Assembly (NCBI RefSeq): GCF_009914755.1
Contig: NC_060927.1
Origin: the human T2T-CHM13v2.0 reference genome, Homo sapiens
Length of the DNA stretch: 64,000 bases
Strand: one strand, 5' to 3'
Position numbers and translations under genes: made by a program. The notes below the pieces were generated by a model, which searched no databases, had not been told where the DNA came from, and worked only from the letters and a program-made list of their open reading frames with translations. Positions within the stretch are counted from its first letter, which is position 1, and each line of letters begins with the position of its first letter. Below are positions 15,001 to 26,300 of this stretch, in pieces.

Positions 15001-15389
15001 CTCATACACAGTTTTCTAGTAGGGAAAGCAAAATTTTGGTGACATGGATGTGGCTAATACATGAGTAGATAAAATACTACACATAACTCTTTATATATTA
15101 TTGAGTAGAAACAAATTACGGTGTATTTTTAGTGAGTTACTTCAGGCACAAAAACATGCCTCATGGAGAATACAACAGTTGTAGTAGTGTATTATAATTC
15201 AATAGTGGTTTAAATGCAAATGATCCACAGGTGGAATGTCCACTTCTTCCCAGCTTAGCTGTAAGACACTAGCTTTTTATTTATGTCATAACTCAAAGAA
15301 AAAGAGAAAGATTGGGGTAGCTCCAGAGAGCCCAATTACTAATATGGCTTGAAGGACCAATGGAAGGCACCATTTTTTAAAACAGTTCA

Positions 15390-15604
15390 CCAGCCTGGCC
15401 AGCATGGTGAAACCCCATCTCTACTAAAACTACAAAAATCAGCCAGGCATGATGGTACATGCCTGTAATCCCAGCTACTCAGGAGGCTGAGGCATGAGAA
15501 TCACTTGAACCTCGGTGGCAGAGGTTACAGTGAGTCGAGAACACACCACTGCACTCCAGTCTGGGTGACAGGTGGAGACTGTATCTCAGAAAAAACAAAA
15601 ACAG
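15390..15604 (+). mobile_element. 5'-truncated AluS
   Basis: Starts mid left arm (CCAGCCTGGCCAGCATGGTGAAACCCC); TSD AACAGTTCA at 15381-15389 and 15605-15613. Confidence 0.93.
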
Positions 15605-15711
15605 AACAGTTCATAACCCCAGGGCTGGGCATGCATTTTCTCTCTGTGATCAACCCCTCTGTCTGGGTAGTGAACTGAAACTAAAGTCCTCAGACCAGCA
15701 AGGATGCTAGT

Positions 15712-16136
15712 TGTACTAGGCTATTCTTGCATTGCTATAAAGAAATTCCGGAGCCTAGGTAATTTATAAGAAATGAGGTTCAACTGGCTCATGGTTCTGC
15801 AGGAAGCACAGCACTGGTATCTGCTTCTGGGGGCAGCCTCAGGAGGCTTACAATCATGGTGGAAGGCTAAGTGGGATCAGGCACCTCACATGGAAAAAGC
15901 AGTAGAGAGAAAGAGAGGGAGACAGAGAGAGAGAGAGAGACAGAGAGAGAAAGTAGCAGGATGCTACACACTTTTAAATGACCAGGTCTCGTGAGAATTC
16001 CCTATCATGAAGATAGCACTGAGCTATGAGGATATACCCTCATGACCCAAACACCTCCCACCAGGCCCCACCTCCAGCACTAGGGATTACAATTCAACAT
16101 GAGATTTGAGCAGGGACAAATATACAAACTATATCA
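15712..16136 (-). mobile_element. ERVL-MaLR solo LTR (MSTA/MSTB-like) with internal (GA)n
   Basis: TGTACTAGGCTATTCTTGCATTGCTATAAAGAAAT...CAACATGAGATTTG...CAAACTATATCA matches the reverse MST consensus; imperfect 5-bp TSD CTAGT/CTGGG. Confidence 0.92.
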
Positions 16137-17072
16137 CTGGGTATCTCTGAGGGCCCCTCTGATGCTGACCAGAAGCCAGGATGTGTGCTACAAAGACCCA
16201 GGAAAGCCAGGGGGTGGTGCTGATAGAGCCAAATACCTCTCAGGATAACAAGGATAGGGTTTCCAGATTTGATATAATACAGAACAACTTCTTCCATTTC
16301 CAGCTTTTCCTCCACCAAATCAAAAGGCATCAAATTAATGAAGCTGTGGCTTGTTGACATTAAAGTTGATTACAAAAAGACATGTTTGAGTGACAGGTAA
16401 ACAATAGCAAAGGAATGAGTTTCCATAAATACTTATTTATATATGAAGAGTATATGGTTTGTAGAATAAATAAACCTGTAGTCATTGTTTCTTATTTGAA
16501 GTTTGTAACCTGTCATCATAGGTTAAATAACTGTCAGGAAAGCTCATACTTGTGATATTTTAAATAGGAGCTGAAATTGGTGTTTCCCTAAGGTAAATGG
16601 ATGTTTCTAAACATTGATAGTTCTTTCTTTTCTACAAAAAGGTATATGTAAATATACAAAATGAGAAGTCAAAATATGTATTCCATGCACAGAAAGAGAT
16701 CAAGAGGTGGAATGGAGTTGGGGTGTGAACAGAGGAAGGTTGATTTATGTTATATGGTTGCTCTCTTTTTGTAGCTATTTTTATATCTTTTCAGCTTCCT
16801 CCAGATTACTCTAGTTTATTTCCTATTGTTTCTTACTATTGACTTTTAATTGTTCCCTGACAATAAACTGTTTTATTTAATCCATCTTTGAAAATTTCAC
16901 ATAACCATATTTAGGGACAAGGCTTTGAGCATCTTTTATTTCTTCCACTAACATATTGTACCCTAAATAAGTTTCCCTCCCAGGCTCATTTACTACCTCC
17001 ATTTGCTTTGTATTTTTGTTGTTGTTGTCTCCCTATCTTCTTTGTCCTCTTCTGTAATCCATTCCTCTCTCT

Positions 17073-17339
17073 TTCTTTCTTTTTTTTTTTTTTAAGACAA
17101 GAGTGTTGCTCTGTCACCCAGGCTGAGTGAAGTGGCACGATCTCAGCTCACTGCAACCTCTGCCTCCTGAGTTCAAGTGATTCTCCTGCCTCAGCCCCCT
17201 AAGTAGCTAGGACTACAGGCACATACCGTCGCACCCAGCTAATTTTTGTATTTTTAATAGAGACAGGGTTCCATTTTGTTGGCCAGGCTGGTCTCAAACT
17301 CCTGACCTCAGGCGATCCATCCGCCTCAGCCTCCCAAAG
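17073..17339 (-). mobile_element. AluS (Sx-like), missing ~35 nt of its 5' end
   Basis: Poly(T) followed by AGACAAGAGTGTTGCTCTGTCACCCAGGCTG...CCTCAGCCTCCCAAAG. Confidence 0.95.
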
Positions 17340-17980
17340 CTCTCTATTTTTATAATAGTTACGTTGACTTGTTCTTCTGGCTGCAGCTGCAGCTTTTTCC
17401 AGTTGTCTCTTCCTGTTGTCACAATAAAAAAATCTCTTCTTTATTTCCTGTCTATATGTGTTTTGTTTTCATTTTTTTGCTTTCCACATTTATCCTTCCC
17501 ATTCCTGTATCTTCATGAACTTGTAAATTTTTAGGAAAGCAAAAAAAATATAAAGCTTGAAAGTTTCAAAGTCAAAGGAAAAGAGAAAACTCAAGCTTGC
17601 CTCAGAAGAGATTGTGTCCCATTTCTGCAGTAGAGTTCATGGAATTTGTGCAAAAAGTGAGAAGATATAAGGGAAGCTGTGCTGGCTTGTGTGTCATTTA
17701 AATTAGAGAGCTTGGATGTTGATATTACACCACTGATAAAGGAAATGAGACAGTTTCCACTTTTAATGAAAAGAAGTGCAGTGGCAAAGTTGTCTCACAC
17801 CACAAGATAAGCAAGATTCAAAGGAAGGGGACAGTCATTCTGGTGTTATCATTCCAATTCTATCCAGCTTATTTACATAGGCCTGAAAATGAGATGATCC
17901 CAGGATATCCATTTGATGTAAAAAAAAAAAAAATCTTAACAGCCCCAAAAAGGGATAATTTAGTTGTCCTACACACATGG

Positions 17981-18024
17981 GTGCGTGCACACACACACAC
18001 ACGCACACACACACACACACGCAT
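17981..18024. repeat. (CA)n-type alternating purine-pyrimidine microsatellite
   Basis: GTGCGTGCACACACACACACACGCACACACACACACACACGCAT. Confidence 0.95.
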
Positions 18025-18239
18025 CCCAAGAATGACACACCTATTGATGAGAGTTGAAAACCCATCAGATATCCAAATGAGTATGTATCTAGAGTTGTCT
18101 ATACTATGCGTTATATGACTGAACCATTTTCAGATTTTTTTCTAGTTTTGGAAGATATCTGATGCCGTGTAGATACAGACACTATCTTGTGGGAAACCCA
18201 TAGTTTCCAGTCTGAACATAACCAAATAAGGATCTCATT

Positions 18240-18304
18240 TCTCTCTGTCTCTGTCTGTCTCTCCTTCTTTCTCTCTCTGTTGCTCTCTCTCTCTCTCTCT
18301 CTCA
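18240..18304. repeat. Imperfect (CT)n microsatellite
   Basis: CTCTCTGTCTCTGTCTGTCTCTCC...CTCTCTCTCTCTCTCTCTCTC. Confidence 0.85.
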
Positions 18305-21300
18305 TCTTATAGCAGCAATGCCTAAAGAGAACATTTATACATTCTACCCAAATCCCCTTTACACACTGGCATATATCTTTAGTGTGCATATGTGTGTGTC
18401 TGTGTGCATGTGCAGTTGCACATTTTGTTAAGCAGAAAAGCTCTAGTGAAGTATCATCGCCTTTAGAAGGAAAGAAGGACTAATTTGATTTTTCTGATTC
18501 CAATACCTGGTGCTATCAATGAGTGGAGATAGCACTGAGATAATATAGAACATGATAAACAGCCAGTGGAATGGCAGCATTCCATAATAATGCCAATGCT
18601 TGCTGTCCCATCACTCCCACTGCTCCGTGGGAAGGATCTCGTAACTGATAAACCAATAGTAGCAGGCATTTGGGATGTTTCCTGGAGAAGCAGAGGGAAG
18701 CCTCATTGGACATAGTTTCTTGCATTTTGCTGTAATTTATGGAACACGTGGATTTTTAAATCTACAGGTAATTACGTAAATAAAATATTGAATAAGACAC
18801 AAACCTCTAGGTTCCCCCAATCTCTGTCGCAAGCCAACCAGCTGCCCTTCCCACTCTACTTCTTCTCCACACAAAGCACAGAACCGACCAACACTGGAAA
18901 AGAACTGTGTTATCACATTTTCTCATAGTTGGATGGCCATTCTGTTACTCTGATTTTGAGAAAATCAAAAGCATTACCTTTGAGGAACAATTAACATCTA
19001 TTTCCAGTCCATTATTCCTTTTCAGGACAAAGGGCTGTATTTCACAGGCTTTTAAACAGGATATGAATATCCCATCAAATATCAGTGGTCTGAGCTACAG
19101 CTCTGGCACCAGGCACACTGCCAAAAATGTGACCAAGTTTAAAATGATCGATGCTAAATCATATTCCTCTTAAGCATAGTCTAGGCCGAGTGAGGCATAC
19201 CTACTCATACACTCAGTCCTCCTATCTGGGAAATTCATGGTTCTCTCCCAACATGAGAATTATGGTTTTGTTCACAATGTGTGGAAACTAGAAAGGCACT
19301 GAACATCTGAGGTAAAATGGAAACAATTTAGTTCTGTTGAATGTCACCCTCTGTTGTTGATTCCACACATCTGTGCATCTTTTCCTTATCCAAAACTCAT
19401 TTAAATGTGCTAGTTTCTCCTGGAGATGTGGCAGATAATGTCATGAGCCCTCACTGCATTCTTTTTTTTAATAGATGAGGGATTAAAATTTGCTGTACAT
19501 AGAGTTACCTCTTGTTTGAAAGTCCACGTACAGTCAGATAACGTGTTTATGCTTTCCTTGTAACTGAAAAACCAACTATTTTGGCTTGGAAATTCCCCAC
19601 TTTCCAAAGACCATTGCTTCTTTGCCATGGTTAACCAGAACCTAGCTCACACATCCACTGGGAAGAAAATAAAGGCTCTAATGGCTGAATGTAGCCAATG
19701 CAGCACAGAAGCTCAGACCTCCTAGGGAAGCCTGAAAATGGTGATACCCTTCTCCATTTGCTGCTTGCTAATGAGGCCAAGGTGTGTCCCCCTGTAAATC
19801 CTGACAACCTAAGAGGGGTGTGCGATTCATCTCAGCTCCCTTCCCAGATGACAAGCAAGTTGTAAATTGTATTCCATTCCACTCTCCACTGTTTATCTGC
19901 CCTGACAGTCCACTGCAGCTCTTGTGTAGCTGGAAGCCCACAGGGCATGTGTGACTTTTCTCAAGCTCTTCCCAGCTGTCTTAAGTGTCTCTGTCCTTCT
20001 TGTATTTTTCTATCTGTTGCTTCTTTTTAGAGGTCCCTCTTCCTCTTTCCTTGATTTTCAGTTTTTCTCGCTATATGCATCTCTCTCTCTCTCCCTCAGA
20101 TTGCCTGTGTCTTGCAGTTTTGTTACCTTACAAACTGCTACTTCGTTTTATCCCTGACTTTCTTTTCTTTGAAATACATTTTTCATCTTTCTTTTATAGT
20201 TTATTTGTATTTTTTCTGTTTGGTTTTTGGCAAAGGAGCTCAGCAACTGACCCAGTAAGCTAACACTTTCAGAAAATGTTGAGTGATGGAAAAGCAAATT
20301 TTTAAAAATCTCTATTACTTTCCTATCTTCTTTCTTACTTGCTGCTCATTCTAGATGTCCTCATGTCTATTTCATCGTCTGCTTTTATACTAAGCTTTCT
20401 CCTCTTAAGCATTGCTTTCCCTACACTTATCTGCTATTTCAGATCTTTAAATATCCTACAGTAGTCAGAATGGGACTGAGTACTGACCTGTGAGATGCTT
20501 ACCACCAGAAATATTTTGCAAGTTCAGGCTTTTGAAAGAAACAACAGAACTATATATTATGTTTTATATGTCCATTCGGGAAACTTAAGACATATGGGGG
20601 CTTGGCAGAAACATCATCAACATTGGAGTAGTGCTCAGTCATTTCCACAGAGAACAGTCTTACAACCTATCACCGTCTTCTAGTAAATGGGTACCAATGC
20701 TGATGGAAAATAAATGGGAACAAGAAAGATTTAGGAAATGTTCCCAAGTCTTTTGAGGAAGACTGAATTAATAAAAACTGTGAGATTATTGGAGTAAGAT
20801 TGTCTATTCTTGTGTTCTAATATACCATTGAACCATGACCTTTCCAATGCACTACCTGTAAATATAAAGGTATATTTAATAGAAGAAATTTTTCTGATAT
20901 TCAGGGCTTAAAGGCTCAAATTTGCCTTTAAAATTTTTTTCTCCCAATACTGGCAGGAACAACATTTTTAGATCTCATTCTTTACCTTAAAATATGATTT
21001 TCAGCCCAGAAAGCTTTACTCTAATCCAAAATAAAATTTCTGTGCTACAGAACACAGGAGCAAAGATTAGATTCAACTCATCTTTGGCAATCAATTCAGG
21101 GAGCTATTTTGCACTCCCTCCTTTTTCCATACCTGCCAACACACTTCCTATGGATGCTTTTCTTCTCTTAACTCTAGAGAAAAACTGGAGGTGAGAAAGT
21201 CTGTATTCAATGAATATGGTAGGTTTTATTAATGTAGTCACAGAGATGTTGCATAAATTAAAAAATAGTACATAGTTATCTTTGCATTATTTTTTTCCTT

Positions 21301-22069
21301 TTAAGATGACTTTGTGTATTTACCACTTAATTTTATAAAACCCTAAAGAACTTTTTAAAAATCGCATCAGATAAAATAAATATTCTTATCTAAATGGAGT
21401 TTTGGATCTTCTCCACTTGCCAATAATTATTTTAAAATGAATTTATGGTCTAGAAGTCTCAAAGACCTAGTTATTCTTGAATTTGTTGTTATTGACTAGA
21501 GTCAAATGCTAGTAGTTAAATATTTAGCAAATTCTTATGAAGCTAGAAAAGCCATTCATAAGCAGTAAAAACTGTAAGAGATTTCCCCTTGGGTTAAAGA
21601 ATAAGAAAGTAAAAAGACCAGTTCACCTGAATCAGAACCCTGATGTCCAATGGCTCTTGCTGACACTCTACATGCTGACGGAAGTTTCTTGTTCCTTTTT
21701 TTCCAGTTCTTTTTGTCTCCCTATTTTTTCTCTGTATTGAAAATGATGCTCATTTTGCTTCTAAGTGATGAAGGAGAAAGAAATGCCTGTTTCACAGATC
21801 AAAAGCAGGCACTGCTTTAGAGCAACACTGGCTGAATGTCTTACATCATAACTCTCTCTGGCTTTATCCATCATCGCCAACATTTTCTCTTTTGCAGCTT
21901 TGAGGGTGACGGGGATAGGTCATATATTATTAGTGGAATACAAAGAAACACAAGGGTGTATAAGAAGCCCTGGTTTCAGAACCTCAGTGTGCCAATACCC
22001 AAACTAACCCATAGAGACTCGTAGTCTTCTAAGAGTATTTATTTACTTGCAAGTACTTATTGAGTTTCT

Positions 22070-22710
22070 ATTATCTTACCTCTAGATTATTGAAACAGTC
22101 TCCTAATTAGTCTCTCAGCTTCTGTTCTAGCCCTTCTTCAGTCTATTCTCAACTCAGCAGTCAGAATGATCCTGTTACAAACTAAGTCATTCATTCAATC
22201 CTCTTCTCCAAGGCTCCTCAGTTCATGCAGAGTAAAAGCATAGGTCCTCATACATTGCCACACATGATCCTCCAGCATCTCTTGAACCCATCCTCATTTA
22301 GTCTCCTCTCACTTGCTCTACTATACCTCAAAGATTTCCTCCTTATTTTTCAAAGCCACCAGGTAAGCTCCCACCTCAGAGCCTCTGTGGCTGCCCTTCT
22401 CTCCACCGGTTTCTCCCCTCCTTCCCCTAGGCACAGTAAGACCTCTCCTGGAGTCCCTATCTAAAATTGCAGCCCCTCCCCCTATGTTCCCTGTCCCCTT
22501 TTCTTGCTTTCTTGTTCCCCTTAGCACTTACCAATATGTACCATACTATATATTTTTCTTATTTGTTTATTTTTTATGTTTCCAACTAAACTGTAACCTC
22601 CATGAAGGCAGGGATTGTTTGTTTGTTTGTTTCATTCTTATATCTAATGGTGCCTAGGAAAGTGTCTGGCATTAAGTAAACCCTAAATTAATATACTCTG
22701 GGTTAATGAA
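22070..22710 (+). mobile_element. L2 LINE 3' fragment
   Basis: CAGTCTATTCTCAACTCAGCAGTCAGAATGATCCT...CTGTAACCTCCATGAAGGCAGGGA...GTGCCTAGGAAAGTGTCTGGCA...AATGAA is a typical L2 3' end. Confidence 0.85.
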
Positions 22711-22734
22711 CTGGTGAAGGAAATCCAATAGTTA

Positions 22735-23100
22735 ATAAGACAGACATGGTCACTGCCCACAAAGCTATCACAATCAACTGGGAAAGACCATACGCATTTA
22801 AAGAAATAAACAATCATTTTAAACTTTGGCAGGTACTATAAACAATGAACAAGATACTGAGGCAGAGGATAGCAGGAAAGCCGATGTAGCTTAGACTCAA
22901 TGGTCAGGAAAGGCCCTCCTCTGGGTAAGATTTGAAGGATGAGATAAAACTGAACATGAGATGGTGTTGGGATGGGGGCAGTGAGCAATCAAAGAACCGT
23001 CGGAATAGAGGGCACAGCAAGTGAAAAGACCTTGGTGTCCTGAGATAGAGAAAACCTTGCTGTATTGAAAGAATGAAAAAGACTTGTGAGGCTGGATCTA
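22735..23100 (-). mobile_element. L2 LINE fragment in the opposite orientation (its tail is probably at ~22035-22070)
   Basis: AATAAGACAGACATGGTCACTGCCC...GGTCAGGAAAGGCCCTCCT...GAGGGCACAGCAAGTGAAAAGACC matches reverse L2. Confidence 0.7.
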
Positions 23101-23119
23101 AGTTGTCCGAAGAGGAATA

Positions 23120-23332
23120 ACATCATTGTTCACATGTATGGGGCTATACTAAGATGCCAGACACTGTTCTGAGAGCTATTTCTAGATCTGCTCATTAACT
23201 CTCCTGATAATCCTATGCAGTGGATAGTATCACATTATCCATTTTATAGGAGGAAACAGGGTACATGGCTTGTAAGTGGTGGGGCTGGAGTTCCAGAAAT
23301 ATTCCATGCATAAGCACAGAGTGCTTTAACAC
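23120..23332 (-). mobile_element. MIR SINE
   Basis: ATGCCAGACACTGTTCT...ATTATCCATTTTATAGGAGGAAACAGGG...AAGTGGTGGGGCTGG matches the reverse MIR core. Confidence 0.75.
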
Positions 23333-26300
23333 ACTTCCTTGGATCCCCGACACACCCACTTAAGTGTAGAATTGAAGCGTAGAATGGGTGTGTTGAGGAT
23401 CCAAGGAAGTGTGTTTAAGCGCTATGTGCTTATGCATAGGATATTTAAAGATCAGGCAATATAGTTGCCAGAATTTATAGTCCATAGTCCTTTCACCTGT
23501 GAAAAACAAAAATGAAGTGAGGAGAGCAATATATTATCTTGACCTCACAGGGAGGAAGATTGGCGGTACAACTTTTACACAATTACAGAGACAAACAAGT
23601 GCAGTGCAAGAATGAAAACCTATCTTGCCTTAGACTCCACAGGTTATCTGCCCTGGATCAATCAGGGATGCCCCTGCACACTCACAGGCCAGGGTCCGCA
23701 TGCTCTGGATGCAGGGGGCTGTGTGCACACAGGCACACACGTATCTTATTCTCAGCCACTTCCTTGAAATAACCAGGAATACAATCCAAAAGGAGTGCTT
23801 TGTGTTTCTGAGAACCCTCAAAGAAGCTTTGAAAGACTTGAAGAGAAATGATCTTAACAAAAGAACAAAAAAAAAAAAAAAAAGAAACTTGAAAGTGAAC
23901 AGAAGTTCTGAAGTGTGTGGGGGTGGAAGAAGCTTTCTTGGAGAGGAACAGTAAGGAGATAGCTAACTCAAAGCGACCAGAATAGCTTAGCGAGCTGAGA
24001 ATTGAGAATTTTGTGACTCGGTGGTTCTGCTCCATAGGGACACTGCCGGCTCCCGGGGAGAATGCATCTTACTCTGCCCCCTAGGCAGGTCCAGTTTCTG
24101 GACTTCCCTGGCCACACAGCTGGAGATTTCCACATCATATATTCTGCTTGTCTTAGAAAACTGAAGGACTGATTTTCTGGGCCTTCTGACTGACCAGAGA
24201 GCGTTCTTTGTGAGAGACACAATAGCTATCTATTCCTTTGTGCAGTGTGCTTTGCCAAGTTCCATGAGGGCAGCGGTCCCTGCTATCTTTGTGTAATTCT
24301 GGGCAGTCTGAGTCCCACAAATTGGATTTACACAGCACCTGCGAGTTCTCACACAAGCCCCCTTGTTGGTAATATCATTTGGCATATGTAGCAAGCATTC
24401 ATTTTTATCATAGTGTTAATTGTTAGCCATGGCAGTAACAAGCCAGAAAAAAGCACAGGCAGAAAAAAAGCCACGTCTGCTCAATTAAAAGGGGTAAATG
24501 GCTTGGCGGCACGGCAGGGTGCTGCGGACACAAAGAGCAGGTAAAGGAAGTGACCTGTGGTGTTGAAGTTTATTTGTTTGAACAGCTGAGAATTATCTCC
24601 TGACCTAAGTCACCTCCATAACAGGTGGCCCTTTCTGTCTGAGTCCCACAGCACTTGGCTTGAGAGAGTGTCCAATCTCATTCATGTGGAAAAGATCAAC
24701 TCTTTTTTCCCCCTGTAAGGAAAAAAAAAAAGGAATGTGACTGGCTGTTCAATTGTAATCATTTCTTTGAGTGCCTCTGTGTGGAAAGGATGCTGCCTCA
24801 CCTATTCCTCAGTTTCCACATCTGTAAAATATGGAAACTACTACTTGCTCTATTTCCCTTCGAGGGCTTTTTGGGAAATCCATACAGTAACAAAAAAAAA
24901 AAAAAAAAAAAAAAAGACAACACATTACCAATGCTAAGTGCAAAGTCACAAAGTCATGTTACAAATGTCTACAGGAGCAAAACTACAGTCAAGAACAATG
25001 TCATAAGATATTTTAAAATTCATGGCTGTGGATTATTTGTTGAGCACTTGTTTTGCTGTAGCTCCTGGTGACTGGGGGATACACACTCCTTGTGAAGGGC
25101 TCTAGGTGTGGCATAGACAGATACCTCTGCTTCCATAGCAGCCTTCTTCTGAACCCCATGCTATTACCTGCTGGACAGTCAGCAGTGGGGCACCATCACT
25201 GTGGCAGGTGAAGCACTCTACCCCAAAGAGAGAGAAAAGCTGCCTTTCATTGCAAGCCTCCTCTCCAGACACACTCTGGAGTCACAGCAGTTTTTGTCTG
25301 TGTGGCCTTGTCCTAAAATTGCTGGCTGTTCTCCTCATCTTCCTTTCTCTTGGATCAGAGTTAGCACTGGGAGAACCCTACAGGGTGATTGTCAGACCAC
25401 AGGCATGTTCTGGCTCTGTGGTCTGATAGGCTGTCTGTGAGCCTTCTCTGTGTACCCAAGCCATCTCTGATTACACACAGAGTGCCAGAGAAAAATAAAA
25501 CACTTTCAGTTTAGGCAAAGTTGAGAAACCCATCAAAATAAACACTGTTGATGGTCACAGATTTAAAAAAGAATATGTAGAGAGATAATAGGTAAAATGC
25601 ATTGACAGTCACAGACATAGGCTGCGTGGCTGGCTGCCCCTACTGCTTAAAGCACTGTGTGTCCGGAGATCTAAGTGTCATTAGTGGTATTTACGAATCC
25701 ATCAAATGTGCAGATTTTTACTTTGCAGATCAAGTAAAATAAGGAGAGAGGACGAGAGGCATGCTGAGACTCCATGCTGCTTGAAGAGAAAAACCCTCAT
25801 TTGTATTCCTAAGCCCTTTGCCATGAATTGCTGATGTCCCCAAACAAAAAGAAAGCTCGTGGTTTCTGTTCTGGTAAATTAAAAAGCCCTTTAGCTTAAC
25901 AGCAAAGCATCTGTCTACCTTGTTATACATATGGCATCTAATCAGAATGCAGGAGGTCAGGGCAGAGGGGAGTAAAGAAAGTGAAGATATTGGGGTAGAA
26001 AGCTAAGGAAAGTATTAAACCTAAGATTTGGGGAGTAAATTAGTAAGGAAATGAATTTTACAAAAGAAAGAGGAGAATAGCAAATGAGAATCAGGGAAGG
26101 TAACAAAAAGATAACATCCAAAAGAGGAGCAAGAAAGAATAAACGGAAAAGGTGTGTAAAACTGAAATGAAGTTGGTTGACGATGGGAAAAAGAGAAGGA
26201 TCGTCCAGCAGCAGATAAAGAGCAGCTGGGGAGAACGTAACAGATTCTGATCGATCGTGATGTCTGGATGAGCTCAGTTTCAGGGCTGTGATAATCTTTA

